Of a DNA stretch of 64,000 nucleotides, positions 1-12,735 are shown piece by piece; within the stretch, counting starts at the first letter, position 1; each line of letters opens with the position of its first letter. The stretch is from Escherichia coli. Lineage in GTDB: Bacteria; Pseudomonadota; Gammaproteobacteria; Enterobacterales; Enterobacteriaceae. The stretch lies in the NCBI RefSeq assembly GCF_009931435.1, contig NZ_CP043414.1; one strand, written 5' to 3'. A program made the translations under genes and the position numbers. The notes beneath the pieces were generated by a model. It had not been told where the DNA came from. It did no database searches and saw only the letters and a list, made by a program, of their open reading frames with translations.

Positions 1-779
1 GCTGACCTGCGGGGTCGGCAACTCCTCAGGCATGGTTCCGCCAAGTTCCTGAATGGTTTGCCTCACCTTGCTACCCACGTCAAAGTGTGTGGTATTAGCT
101 TGCTGTTTTGAATTCACGCCATCCCGCTTGAGTTTTTCTTCTGTTTGGGTAGCTCGAAAGAGATTAGCCGCCAGTTCTGTTGAACCCATATGATCCAGGA
201 TCTTCTGACTCTTTTTCAGCCCCTTCCGCTGATGGATGGCTTTCTGATCTAATCCACCATACAGTCCCCGGTAACCATGATTCTGAAATATGGCGAAATC
301 GATAGCTGTCGCTACCCCAGCTTGCTGCGCTGCCTCAACTAATTGTTTGTTATGTTCTTTCAACTCATTTCTCAGAAAAAGACGCTTTTCGTCTTCACGA
401 AGTTGCCTGAAAGCTTCATCGTCAGCCAGCTCCTGCCGTCGGGTCTGGATAGCAAAATAAGTTTGCCCTGCCGCAATAACCGGTTTCGCAGGGTCGCCGT
501 TTTGTACTACCAGGTAACAGGCATAGCGGGAGAGTACGATGTCTTTTAATGCTCTTTTGGCATTTGAGCCAATTTTGACCATATCGAGGATCTCCTCGAA
601 ATGGTCATCAATTGTGTGACCACTATTCAGACAAGCTTCTTTGGCGCGCGTTAATACAGGTATAAAGTGACGATACTCTGAATAACCCAGTAGTTTTCCA
701 AGTTGTCTTGCTGACCATTGTTCTGCTCCGTTTGCATTAATCAGCTTTATCTCTTCAAAAGGTTGATGATGTTCGTTCA
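1..779 (-). CDS. dinD: DNA damage-inducible protein DinD, 3' end truncated by window edge
   Basis: Minus-strand translation from ATG near 779 reads MNEHHQPFEEIKLINANGAEQWSARQLGKLLGYSEY... and stays open to position 1; not in ORF track because it has no stop inside the window. LexA box immediately upstream. Confidence 0.8.
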
Positions 780-825
780 TTGCCCACTCCATGTGATATC
801 GATTGCAAAGAAAGTAAATCTGCAA

Positions 826-841
826 CTGTATTTATATACAG
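826..841. promoter_or_regulatory. LexA box (SOS operator) in dinD promoter
   Basis: Sequence CTGTATTTATATACAG is a perfect CTGT-N8-ACAG palindrome about 50 bp upstream of the dinD start; dinD is a known LexA-regulated gene. Confidence 0.7.
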
Positions 842-1000
842 TTGTGAGTATCTCACGTTCTCAGTGTGCTGGGCAAAAAAACATCGCAAAATCTGGAGCA
901 GGCACGCAAAACAGAATTGAAGTTGCGGGGAAGAAAAATGCCGCTCTGTTTGAGTGGGCGGCATTTGTGAAGGCTGAAAAGTAAGAATTGGCGTTACGAG

Positions 1001-1864
1001 TTATTCAATGTTCTGAATCTGCTCGCGCATCTGCTCAATCAACACTTTCAGCTCAATCGCGGAGTTAGTCACTTCGGCATTGATAGACTTCGAGGCCAGG
1101 GTGTTCGACTCGCGGTTGAACTCCTGCATCATAAAGTCCAGACGACGACCAACGGCTTCTTTTTTCTTCAGAATGTTGTAGGTCTCTTTAACATGCGCTT
1201 CGAGGCGGTCCAACTCTTCGGCAACGTCAATTCGTTGTGCCAGCAGAACCAACTCCTGCTCCAGACGGTTGTTTTCCAGTTGCACCTGGGCGTCTTCCAG
1301 CTTAGCCACCAGACGTTCACGCTGCCATTGCAGGATTTCCGGCATGTGGGCGCGGACTTTGACCACTTCGGCGGTCACGCCTTCCAGACGCTGCTCGATC
1401 AATGCTTTCAGCGCCTGACCTTCGGTTTCGCGCGCGACGATAAAGTCATCCAGCGTACCATCCAGCGCCACGAGAATTTCAGCGGCAATCGCGTCGAGAT
1501 CCTGTTCCTGGGCCGCCATCACGCCTGGCCAGCGGAGAATATCAACCGGGTTGATTTCCCCTTCGTCACTCTGCATTTTTACCCAGTTCGCGGCAGTTAC
1601 CAGCTGTTTAGCCAGTTTTTCGTTGAGGATCAGCTCACCTTGTGCGCTGACATCTGGCTCATAGCGCAGGGTACATTCCACTTTACCACGCGTCAGGCGA
1701 GAACGAATACGCTCGCGAACGACAGGTTCAAGGCTACGGAACTGCTCCGGCAGACGAAAGTAAGTTTCCAGATAACGCTGGTTTACCGAGCGCATTTCCC
1801 AGGTTGCGCTCCCCCATTCACCCTTGATTTCACGCCGGGCGTAGGCGGTCATACTGCGGATCAT
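1001..1864 (-). CDS. yicC: YicC family stress-induced protein
   Basis: ORF track 287 aa, MIRSMTAYARREIKGEWGSATWEMRSVNQRYLE...; conserved position beside rph. Confidence 0.9.
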   Translation of the reverse strand: MIRSMTAYARREIKGEWGSATWEMRSVNQRYLETYFRLPEQFRSLEPVVRERIRSRLTRGKVECTLRYEPDVSAQGELILNEKLAKQLVTAANWVKMQSDEGEINPVDILRWPGVMAAQEQDLDAIAAEILVALDGTLDDFIVARETEGQALKALIEQRLEGVTAEVVKVRAHMPEILQWQRERLVAKLEDAQVQLENNRLEQELVLLAQRIDVAEELDRLEAHVKETYNILKKKEAVGRRLDFMMQEFNRESNTLASKSINAEVTNSAIELKVLIEQMREQIQNIE

Positions 1865-1990
1865 AGACGTTCCTGTTTATAAAAGGAGAGGTGGAAGGAT
1901 TATAGCCATCGATGCCTTGTCAGGATAGGAATAACCGCCGGAAGTCCGTATAATGCGCAGCCACATTTGTTTCAAGCCGGAGATTTCAAT

Positions 1991-2707
1991 ATGCGTCCAG
2001 CAGGCCGTAGCAATAATCAGGTGCGTCCCGTTACCCTGACTCGTAACTATACAAAACATGCAGAAGGCTCGGTGCTGGTCGAATTTGGCGATACCAAAGT
2101 ATTATGTACCGCCTCTATTGAAGAAGGCGTGCCCCGCTTCCTGAAAGGTCAGGGCCAGGGCTGGATCACCGCAGAATACGGTATGCTGCCGCGTTCTACT
2201 CATACCCGTAATGCCCGTGAAGCGGCGAAAGGTAAGCAGGGGGGACGCACAATGGAAATCCAGCGTCTGATCGCCCGTGCTCTTCGCGCGGCAGTAGATT
2301 TGAAAGCGCTGGGTGAGTTCACCATTACGCTGGACTGCGACGTGCTTCAGGCTGATGGTGGCACGCGTACCGCTTCGATTACCGGTGCTTGTGTTGCACT
2401 GGCCGATGCCCTGAATAAACTGGTTGAAAATGGCAAGCTGAAAACCAACCCGATGAAAGGGATGGTAGCCGCGGTTTCTGTCGGGATTGTGAACGGCGAA
2501 GCGGTTTGCGATCTGGAATACGTTGAAGACTCTGCCGCTGAAACGGACATGAACGTGGTGATGACCGAAGACGGGCGCATCATTGAAGTTCAGGGAACGG
2601 CAGAAGGCGAGCCGTTTACCCATGAAGAGCTACTCACCTTGTTGGCGCTGGCCCGAGGGGGAATCGAATCCATTGTAGCGACGCAGAAGGCGGCGCTGGC
2701 AAACTGA
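1991..2707 (+). CDS. rph: ribonuclease PH (intact, 238 aa)
   Basis: ORF track 1967..2707; canonical start [38 protein letters not shown] at the ATG 24 nt inside the track ORF. Reading frame is intact to the stop. Confidence 0.93.
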
Positions 2708-2712
2708 TTTTT

Positions 2713-2741
2713 AAGGCGACTGATGAGTCGCCTTTTTTTTG
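2713..2741 (+). terminator. pyrE attenuator: intrinsic terminator hairpin in rph-pyrE spacer
   Basis: AAGGCGAC-TGATGA-GTCGCCTT stem-loop followed by a T8 run, between the rph stop and pyrE start; matches the known UTP-sensitive pyrE attenuation mechanism. Confidence 0.8.
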
Positions 2742-2772
2742 TCTGTAGAAAAGTAAGATGAGGAGCGAAGGC

Positions 2773-3414
2773 ATGAAACCATATCAGCGCCAGTTTATTG
2801 AATTTGCGCTTGGCAAGCAGGTGTTAAAGTTTGGCGAGTTTACGCTGAAGTCCGGGCGCAAAAGCCCCTATTTCTTCAACGCCGGGCTGTTTAATACCGG
2901 GCGCGATCTGGCACTGTTAGGCCGTTTTTACGCTGAAGCATTGGTGGATTCCGGCATTGAGTTCGATCTGCTGTTTGGCCCTGCTTACAAAGGGATCCCA
3001 ATTGCCACTACTACCGCAGTGGCGCTGGCGGAGCATCATGACCTGGACCTGCCGTACTGCTTTAACCGCAAAGAAGCAAAAGACCACGGTGAAGGCGGCA
3101 ATCTGGTCGGTAGCGCGTTACAAGGACGCGTAATGCTGGTGGATGATGTGATCACCGCCGGAACGGCGATTCGCGAGTCGATGGAAATTATTCAGGCCAA
3201 TGGCGCGACGCTTGCTGGCGTATTGATTTCGCTCGATCGTCAGGAGCGTGGTCGCGGCGAGATTTCGGCAATTCAGGAAGTTGAACGTGATTACAACTGC
3301 AAAGTGATCTCTATCATCACCCTGAAAGACCTGATTGCTTACCTCGAAGAGAAGCCAGAAATGGCGGAACATCTGGCGGCGGTTAAGGCCTACCGCGAAG
3401 AGTTTGGCGTTTAA
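2773..3414 (+). CDS. pyrE: orotate phosphoribosyltransferase
   Basis: ORF track 2758..3414; canonical start [36 protein letters not shown] at ATG 2773. Confidence 0.95.
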   Translation: MKPYQRQFIEFALGKQVLKFGEFTLKSGRKSPYFFNAGLFNTGRDLALLGRFYAEALVDSGIEFDLLFGPAYKGIPIATTTAVALAEHHDLDLPYCFNRKEAKDHGEGGNLVGSALQGRVMLVDDVITAGTAIRESMEIIQANGATLAGVLISLDRQERGRGEISAIQEVERDYNCKVISIITLKDLIAYLEEKPEMAEHLAAVKAYREEFGV

Positions 3415-3421
3415 AAATATG

Positions 3422-3450
3422 CGCTGCGCAGGTTTTTACTGTGCGCAGCG
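3422..3450 (+). terminator. stem-loop downstream of pyrE (possible terminator or retron boundary hairpin)
   Basis: CGCTGCGCA / TGCGCAGCG 9-bp inverted repeat with an 11-nt T-rich loop; no clear downstream T-run, so the terminator role is uncertain. Confidence 0.35.
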
Positions 3451-3484
3451 TGATGCGGTTTAAGATATCGTGTTAATCTGCTTT

Positions 3485-3678
3485 CGCCAGCAGTGGCAAT
3501 AGCGTTTCCGGCCTTTTATGCCGGGAGGGTCGGCGAGTCGCCGACTTAACGCCAGTAGGTTGTCCAGATACCCAAAGTCGCTCCATTGTACTTAAGTACG
3601 CTTCGCGTACGTCGCGCTGACGCGCTCAGTACAGTTACGCGCCTTCGGGATGGTTTGATGGTATTGCTGCTGTTGGCG
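3485..3678 (+). ncRNA. msr-msd: retron msr-msd non-coding region (template/primer RNA for msDNA)
   Basis: About 190-nt non-coding stretch directly upstream of the RT gene, flanked by inverted repeats a1 (about 3485-3503, CGCCAGCAGTGGCAATAGC) and a2 (about 3660-3678, GTATTGCTGCTGTTGGCG) that pair over 17 bp allowing G-U wobbles; internal palindromes (GTACTTAAGTAC, GTCGGCGAGTCGCCGAC) fit the msd stem. Boundaries are approximate. Confidence 0.6.
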
Positions 3679-3710
3679 CCTCTTTTGGCCGCCGTGATGT
3701 GGAGAGTGGA

Positions 3711-4670
3711 ATGGATGCTACCCGGATAACCCTTCTGGCGCTCGATTTGTTCGGCTCGCCGGGCTGGAGCGCCGATAAAGAAATACAGCGGCTGTATGCG
3801 CTCAGTAATCATGCCGGACGCCATTACCGACGCATTATTCTTTCTAAACGCCACGGTGGTCAGCGGCTGGTGTTAGCCCCTGATTACTTGCTCAAAACCG
3901 TACAGCGCAACATTCTTAAGAACGTCCTTTCACAATTTCCACTTTCCTCTTTTGCTACCGCCTACCGACAGGGTCGCCCAATCGTCAGCAACGCGCAGCC
4001 TCACTGCCAACAGCCGCAGATCCTTAAACTCGATATCGAAAACTTTTTCGATAGCATTAGCTGGCTACAGGTCTGGCGTGTGTTTAGCCAGACCCAGTTG
4101 CCACGCAATGTGGTAACCATGCTGACCTGGCTTTGTTGCTATAACGACGCGTTACCGCAGGGGGCGCCAACTTCGCCTGCCATTTCCAATCTTGTGATGC
4201 GCCGTTTTGATGAGTGCATAGGGGAATGGTGTCAGGCTCGGGGAATTACCTACACCCGCTACTGCGATGACATGACCTTTTCTGGTCACTTCAATGCCCG
4301 CCAGGTTAAAAATAAAGTATGCGGATTGTTAGCGGAGCTGGGCCTGAGCCTCAATCAACGCAAAAGCTGCCTGATAGCTGCCTGTAAGCGCCAGCAGGTA
4401 ACCGGGATTGTTGTTAATCACAAGCCACAGCTTGCCCGTGAAGCGCGCCGGGCGCTGCGTCAGGAAGTACATTTGTGCCAAAAATATGGCGTTATTTCGC
4501 ATCTTAGTCATCGTGGTGAACTTGATCCTTCTGGCGATCTCCACGCACAGGCAACGGCGTATCTTTATGCTTTGCAGGGAAGAATAAACTGGTTATTGCA
4601 AATCAATCCTGAGGATGAGGCCTTTAAACAGGCGAGGGTGAGTGTAAAGCGAATGCTGGTGGCATGGTAA
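3711..4670 (+). CDS. ret: retron-type reverse transcriptase (319 aa)
   Basis: ORF track 3699..4670 (start taken at first ATG, 3711). RT motifs visible: LKLDIENFFDSI, QGAPTSPAISNL, YTRYCDDMTF (YxDD box), GLSLNQRKS, and retron-typical VTG motif (RQQVTGIVVNHKP). Sits between pyrE and slmA, which are adjacent in K-12. Confidence 0.9.
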   Translation: MDATRITLLALDLFGSPGWSADKEIQRLYALSNHAGRHYRRIILSKRHGGQRLVLAPDYLLKTVQRNILKNVLSQFPLSSFATAYRQGRPIVSNAQPHCQQPQILKLDIENFFDSISWLQVWRVFSQTQLPRNVVTMLTWLCCYNDALPQGAPTSPAISNLVMRRFDECIGEWCQARGITYTRYCDDMTFSGHFNARQVKNKVCGLLAELGLSLNQRKSCLIAACKRQQVTGIVVNHKPQLAREARRALRQEVHLCQKYGVISHLSHRGELDPSGDLHAQATAYLYALQGRINWLLQINPEDEAFKQARVSVKRMLVAW

Positions 4671-4678
4671 GAAAAGCG

Positions 4679-4700
4679 TCAGGCAGACGTTTCTGCCTGA
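4679..4700. terminator. hairpin between convergent RT gene and slmA (candidate bidirectional terminator)
   Basis: TCAGGCAGA-CGTT-TCTGCCTGA perfect 9-bp stem; on the minus strand it is followed by a T-rich tract. Confidence 0.5.
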
Positions 4701-4713
4701 ACGTTTGGGAGAA

Positions 4714-5310
4714 TTACTGCAACTGCGCAGCAATTAGCGGCCAGCGGGCGTCAAAGTCATCCGTCGGGCGGTATTTAAACTCGCTGCGGACAAAGCGTGA
4801 CAGCATACCTTCACAGAAGGCCAGGATCTGGCTTGCCAGCAGGGTTTCGTCGGTGGTGTAACCTTCACCCTCACGCATTCTCTTTTCACGCAATACCTGA
4901 CGCAACTGCGCTTCAATACGCTCGAATAGCTGGTTGATGCGCCCTTGCAGGCGATCCTGTTCAAACATTAGTGCATGACCAGTGAGGATGCGGGTCAGGC
5001 CAGGATTACGCTCACCAAAACCGAGAAGCAGCAACACAATCAGACGCAGGCGCGCTGTGGTGTCTTTCTCATCTTTCAGAATCAGATTGATGCGAGTAAT
5101 CAGGCTATCTTCGATAAACTCAATCAGGCTATCGAACATGCGGGTCTTACTGGGGAAGTGGCGATACAGTGCCGCTTCGGAAACGCCGACAGAGGCGGCC
5201 AGTTTTGCCGTCGTGATACGTTGGCTTCCATCGCTGGATTCCAGCATCAGCGCCAGAGACTGAAGTATTTCCTCGCGACGGTTCCTTTTCGCAGTTTGTT
5301 TTTCTGCCAT
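4714..5310 (-). CDS. slmA: nucleoid occlusion factor SlmA (TetR family)
   Basis: ORF track 4714..5352; canonical start [52 protein letters not shown] 14 codons inside the track ORF. Confidence 0.95.
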
Positions 5311-5416
5311 GTTACAAAATACCCCTGAAAATAAGCACTTGCCAGGCGGCACCCACGCTATGACCGCAAACGAAATGTTTGCGGCTATGTTATGACGTTA
5401 TTCGGATGCGTATGTG

Positions 5417-5875
5417 TTACTGACGACCAGAGTGACCAAAGCCGCCTTCACCGCGGTCGGTGGCGTCGAAATCTTCCACCAGATTAAATTCAGCCTGTAC
5501 TACCGGAACAAAAATCATCTGGGCGATGCGTTCGCCAGGTTGAATGGTGAAGCTGTCCTGACCACGGTTCCACACGGAAATCATCAACTGGCCCTGATAG
5601 TCAGAATCGATCAATCCTACCAGGTTACCAAGCACGATACCGTGCTTATGTCCCAATCCGGAGCGCGGCAGCATCATTGCCGCCAGTGAAGGATCGGCAA
5701 TATGAATCGCCAGCCCGGTCGGAACCAGCGTAGTGTCACCCGGAGCCAGTTCTACGGCGTCGTCGAGACAGGCACGCAGGTCAAGTCCGGCAGAGCCAGA
5801 GGTGGCATAAGTCGGGAGCGGAAATTCCTTCCCAACGCGCGGGTCCAGAATCTTAACGTCGATTTTTTTCATCAT
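5417..5875 (-). CDS. dut: dUTP diphosphatase
   Basis: ORF track 152 aa [37 protein letters not shown]...; the true start may be the second Met (5872). Confidence 0.95.
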
Positions 5876-7073
5876 AACGGGTCACGATCTCGTCGAGTAA
5901 TAATTGGCCAAGGAGCTCTTTGCGCTCAAGCGGTAAGACTTTATCTCCGTCCTGCCAGAAAAGGTGTAATGCGTTGTTGTCGCTGTTAAATCCTTGAGTT
6001 GGCTGGGAAACATCGTTCGCGCAGATCAGATCAAGGTTTTTACGGATACGTTTTTGCCGGGCGTATTCTTCCACATTATTTGTTTCGGCGGCAAATCCAA
6101 CGACGTAGGGTCGATGGTCTTTTAGTGCGGCAACACCAGCGACGATATCGGGGTTTTTAACCATTTTTATTGTTAATTCATCACCCTGCGTGGCCTGCTT
6201 TTTGATTTTCTCTGGGGCTACGGTAGCTGCGCGATAATCCGCCACGGCGGCGCAACCGATAAAAATATTTTGCTGCTGTACAGAAGCATTCACGGCCGCT
6301 TCCATTTCCAGCGCAGTCATCACATCAACACGTTTAACAAACGGTGGCGTCGGTAGTGAAACCGGACCTGATACCAGCGTGACGTTCGCGCCACGACGGG
6401 CAGCGGCGGCGGCGATAGCAAAACCCATCTTGCCTGAGCTGTGATTAGAGATATAACGCACCGGATCGAGCGGTTCACGCGTCGGGCCGGCGGTAATCAT
6501 AATGTTCAGATGTTTCAGGTCGTTGACGGGCGAAAAATGTGCTACCGCCATATCAACAATGGTTAACGGATCGAGCATTCGCCCAGGGCCGATATCACCA
6601 CAAGCCTGACTGCCGCTATCTGGCCCCCAGATGAGCAAACCACGCGAGGCAAGCAGCTCTAAATTATGCTGCGTGGCAGCTGCACGGTACATCTGCTGGT
6701 TCATGGCGGGCAGCACGGCTACAGGCGCAGGTGTAGCCAGGCAAATCGTCGATACCAGGTCATTCGCCATTCCGGCAGCAACACGGGCAATCAAATCTGC
6801 CGTGGCAGGGGCGAGAATCACTAAATCAGCCCATTTACCCAGCTCAATATGGCCCATAGCGGCTTCGGCTGCCGGGTCAAGCAGACTGTCGGAAACGGGA
6901 TACCCCGAAACTGCCTGCAAGCTAAGTGGGGTAATAAAGGCTTTTGCCGCTTCGGTCATGGCTACGCGGACGTCGGCCCCGCGATCGCGCAAACGACGCG
7001 CCAGTTCAGGGGTTTTATAGGCAGCAATACCGCCGCTGACGCCGAGAACGATTTTTTTACCGGCCAGGCTCAT
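5853..7073 (-). CDS. coaBC: bifunctional phosphopantothenoylcysteine decarboxylase / phosphopantothenate-cysteine ligase
   Basis: ORF track 5853..7145; canonical 406-aa start [37 protein letters not shown] 24 codons inside the track ORF. Confidence 0.95.
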
Positions 7074-7244
7074 GATGATTTTTCCTGTTGGGTGACACCA
7101 GAAGTTGGCGATTTTATCACAATACTTTTGTTGTCGTGCCTTCACCTGAAAATCACTTTGCGAGGCGCTTTCCAGGATTGAAAACTGACCGTCGATTTAA
7201 CGGAACGGCTATGACAGGATGCGAGCACCACAAAGGAGGTGAAG

Positions 7245-7913
7245 GTGAAAAACAATGCACAGCTGTTGATGCCGCGCGAAAAAATGCTGAAGTTTGGCAT
7301 TGGTGCGTTAACGGATGTTGAGCTGCTGGCGCTATTTCTGCGTACCGGAACGCGCGGTAAAGATGTATTAACCCTGGCAAAAGAGATGCTGGAGAATTTC
7401 GGCTCTCTTTATGGCTTGTTAACCTCTGAATATGAACAATTTAGCGGTGTTCATGGAATTGGTGTGGCGAAGTTCGCTCAGTTAAAGGGGATTGCTGAAC
7501 TGGCGCGGCGTTACTACAACGTGCGGATGCGTGAAGAAAGCCCTTTACTCAGCCCGGAGATGACGAGGGAATTTTTACAAAGCCAGCTCACGGGCGAGGA
7601 GCGGGAGATCTTTATGGTGATCTTTCTCGACTCCCAACACAGGGTTATAACGCATAGCCGTCTTTTTTCCGGCACGCTAAACCATGTTGAAGTCCATCCT
7701 CGGGAAATTATCCGCGAAGCGATAAAAATAAACGCCTCGGCGCTGATCCTTGCACATAATCACCCTTCGGGTTGTGCTGAACCCAGTAAAGCGGATAAAC
7801 TCATTACCGAACGGATAATAAAAAGTTGTCAGTTCATGGATTTACGCGTGCTCGACCATATCGTGATTGGGCGTGGAGAGTATGTTTCTTTTGCCGAACG
7901 CGGCTGGATTTAA
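7245..7913 (+). CDS. radC: RadC-like JAB domain protein (YicR/RadC)
   Basis: ORF track 7239..7913; ...[40 protein letters not shown]... with HNHPSG motif; start assigned to GTG at 7245, 5 nt after an AGGAGG Shine-Dalgarno. Confidence 0.85.
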   Translation: MKNNAQLLMPREKMLKFGIGALTDVELLALFLRTGTRGKDVLTLAKEMLENFGSLYGLLTSEYEQFSGVHGIGVAKFAQLKGIAELARRYYNVRMREESPLLSPEMTREFLQSQLTGEEREIFMVIFLDSQHRVITHSRLFSGTLNHVEVHPREIIREAIKINASALILAHNHPSGCAEPSKADKLITERIIKSCQFMDLRVLDHIVIGRGEYVSFAERGWI

Positions 7914-8108
7914 CCCGCTATGCGCGATCCTTCGGGATCTTTGTCTGTTCGGGACTTGAGCACATCGCTGAGTCAGCGTATACTACGCCACCTTTGAGAA
8001 TCTCGGGTTTGGCATTTGGGCCTGGCAATCGAGAGTTCACATAGAACTGCGATGACCGGGCTGTAAAGCCTGACGAGGCGCCAATACCCCATACGAAGCT
8101 CGAGCTAA

Positions 8109-8366
<258 letters not shown>

Positions 8367-8383
8367 GTACTTAGAGGAAATAA

Positions 8384-8554
<171 letters not shown>

Positions 8555-8651
8555 TTCTCGCTTTGATGTAACGAAAAACCTCGCTCCGGCGGGGTTTTTT
8601 GTTATCTGCTTGCCCCCATATTGACTGCATCTGTTGATTCCTGGAGATGCT

Positions 8652-9461
8652 ATGCCTGAATTACCCGAAGTTGAAACCAGCCGTCGCGGCATAGAACCGC
8701 ATCTCGTTGGTGCAACCATTCTTCATGCGGTGGTGCGCAACGGACGCCTGCGCTGGCCGGTTTCAGAAGAGATTTATCGATTAAGTGATCAACCAGTGCT
8801 TAGCGTGCAGCGGCGGGCTAAATATCTGCTGCTGGAGCTGCCGGAGGGCTGGATTATCATTCATTTGGGGATGTCTGGCAGCCTGCGCATCCTTTCAGAA
8901 GAACTTCCTCCCGAAAAGCATGACCATGTTGATTTGGTGATGAGCAACGGCAAAGTACTGCGCTATACCGATCCTCGCCGCTTTGGTGCCTGGCTGTGGA
9001 CCAAAGAGCTGGAAGGGCATAATGTGCTGGCCCACCTTGGACCGGAGCCGCTTAGCGACGATTTCAACGGTGAGTACCTGCATCAGAAGTGCGCGAAGAA
9101 AAAAACGGCGATTAAACCGTGGCTGATGGATAACAAGCTGGTGGTAGGGGTAGGGAATATCTATGCCAGCGAATCTCTGTTTGCGGCGGGGATCCATCCG
9201 GATCGGCTGGCGTCATCACTGTCACTGGCAGAGTGTGAATTGTTAGCTCGGGTGATTAAAGCGGTGTTGCTGCGTTCGATTGAGCAGGGCGGTACAACGC
9301 TGAAAGATTTTCTGCAAAGTGATGGTAAACCGGGCTATTTCGCTCAGGAATTGCAGGTTTACGGGCGAAAAGGCGAGCCGTGTCGAGTGTGCGGTACGCC
9401 GATTGTGGCGACGAAACATGCGCAGCGGGCAACGTTTTATTGTCGGCAGTGCCAGAAGTAA
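8652..9461 (+). CDS. mutM: formamidopyrimidine-DNA glycosylase
   Basis: ORF track 8634..9461; canonical start [20 protein letters not shown] (N-terminal Pro catalytic residue after Met) at ATG 8652; C-terminal zinc finger [25 protein letters not shown]. Confidence 0.95.
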   Translation: MPELPEVETSRRGIEPHLVGATILHAVVRNGRLRWPVSEEIYRLSDQPVLSVQRRAKYLLLELPEGWIIIHLGMSGSLRILSEELPPEKHDHVDLVMSNGKVLRYTDPRRFGAWLWTKELEGHNVLAHLGPEPLSDDFNGEYLHQKCAKKKTAIKPWLMDNKLVVGVGNIYASESLFAAGIHPDRLASSLSLAECELLARVIKAVLLRSIEQGGTTLKDFLQSDGKPGYFAQELQVYGRKGEPCRVCGTPIVATKHAQRATFYCRQCQK

Positions 9462-9499
9462 TTGATGCGCGCCGGATGGCATACCATCCGGCATAAACG

Positions 9500-11264
<1,765 letters not shown>

Positions 11265-11615
11265 AGTAAATAGCTGACTTATGGATGTGCTGGGGATTCT
11301 ATGTATTTAGCTGTGGCTTTACCATTACTTTTCCCGTTTTTGACTTAAATAGCAATTTACCCGCCAATTCTTGCTGAACATCTATACTTTTTTTGTATTT
11401 TTATGCGATTCATTGATTTCCGCAGTACGTGCAGTAAGGAATCGCGGAGCAACAGTGAAAGAATATTGTTGCTAATGATTTTATTTGATTGATTTCTTTA
11501 TTGAAAAACAACGATGTGCTTAAAAATCATTCGGATCGGATTGCCGCGAAAGAAGTGATACACTAGCGCGTCAATATCAGTACGGTATCAGTATTCAGGT
11601 AGCTGTTGAGCCTGG

Positions 11616-11627
11616 GGCGGTAGCGTG
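11616..11627 (+). promoter_or_regulatory. ops element (RfaH-dependent antitermination site) within the JUMPStart leader of the waaQ operon
   Basis: Exact GGCGGTAGCGTG motif about 50 nt upstream of the waaQ start, in the divergent waaA-waaQ intergenic region. Confidence 0.75.
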
Positions 11628-11676
11628 CTTTTTCTGCTTCACCTTAATCGGATAATCTCAACAAAAAGAGTTACTT

Positions 11677-12735
11677 GTGGATAAGCCATTTCGAAGAATT
11701 TTGCTCATTAAGATGCGTTTTCATGGGGATATGTTATTAACTACTCCCGTCATTAGTTCGCTGAAAAAAAATTACCCTGACGCAAAAATCGATGTGCTGC
11801 TTTATCAGGATACCATCCCGATTCTGTCTGAAAATCCAGAGATTAACGCGCTCTACGGCATAAAAAATAAAAAAGCAAAAGCCTCAGAAAAAATTTCCAA
11901 CTTTTTTCATCTCATCAAGGTATTACGTGCCAATAAGTATGACCTTATCGTCAATCTTACCGATCAATGGATGGTTGCTATACTGGTTCGCTTATTAAAT
12001 GCCCGTGTGAAAATTTCCCAGGATTATCATCATCGGCAGTCTGCTTTTTGGCGTAAAAGCTTCACCCATCTGGTGCCGTTGCAGGGTGGAAATGTGGTGG
12101 AAAGTAACTTATCCGTGCTGACGCCACTGGGTCTCGAATCGTTGGTGAAGCAGACAACCATGAGTTACCCGCCTGCAAGCTGGAAACGAATGCGTCGCGA
12201 ACTTGATCACGCAGGTGTTGGACAAAATTATGTGGTTATCCAACCTACCGCGCGGCAAATCTTTAAATGCTGGGACAACGCCAAGTTTTCCGCTGTGATT
12301 GATGCCTTACATACACGTGGCTATGAAGTCGTTCTGACGTCCGGCCCGGATAAAGACGATCTGGCCTGCGTCAATGAAATTGCGCAGGGATGCCAGACGC
12401 CACCAGTAACGGCGTTGGCCGGAAAGGTAACCTTCCCGGAACTTGGTGCGTTAATCGATCATGCGCAGCTGTTTATTGGCGTTGATTCCGCACCGGCGCA
12501 CATTGCCGCTGCAGTTAATACGCCGCTGATATCGCTGTTTGGTGCGACAGACCATATTTTCTGGCGTCCCTGGTCAAATAACATGATTCAATTCTGGGCT
12601 GGAGATTACCGGGAAATGCCAACACGCGATCAGCGTGACCGAAATGAGATGTATCTTTCGGTTATTCCGGCGGCAGATGTCATTGCAGCTGTCGATAAAT
12701 TACTTCCCTCCTCCACGACAGGTACGTCGTTATGA
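11677..12735 (+). CDS. waaQ: LPS heptosyltransferase III
   Basis: ORF track 352 aa (GTG start) MDKPFRRILLIKMRFHGDMLLTTPVISSLKKNYPDAKIDVLLYQD...; first gene of the long waa operon. Confidence 0.88.
   Translation: MDKPFRRILLIKMRFHGDMLLTTPVISSLKKNYPDAKIDVLLYQDTIPILSENPEINALYGIKNKKAKASEKISNFFHLIKVLRANKYDLIVNLTDQWMVAILVRLLNARVKISQDYHHRQSAFWRKSFTHLVPLQGGNVVESNLSVLTPLGLESLVKQTTMSYPPASWKRMRRELDHAGVGQNYVVIQPTARQIFKCWDNAKFSAVIDALHTRGYEVVLTSGPDKDDLACVNEIAQGCQTPPVTALAGKVTFPELGALIDHAQLFIGVDSAPAHIAAAVNTPLISLFGATDHIFWRPWSNNMIQFWAGDYREMPTRDQRDRNEMYLSVIPAADVIAAVDKLLPSSTTGTSL

Noticed and set aside
1193-1882. 229-aa plus-strand ORF
   Set aside because: Antisense to yicC, which accounts for the region.
3546-3854. 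102-aa minus-strand ORF spanning the retron msd and RT start
   Set aside because: Overlaps the structured msr-msd region and the RT start on the opposite strand; the retron ncRNA and RT explain the sequence.
8570-8600. Possible rpmBG terminator (AAAAACCTCGCTCCGGCGGGGTTTTTT)
   Set aside because: A-run and T-run flank a GC-rich segment, but I could not resolve a clean stem by eye; left uncalled rather than guess coordinates.
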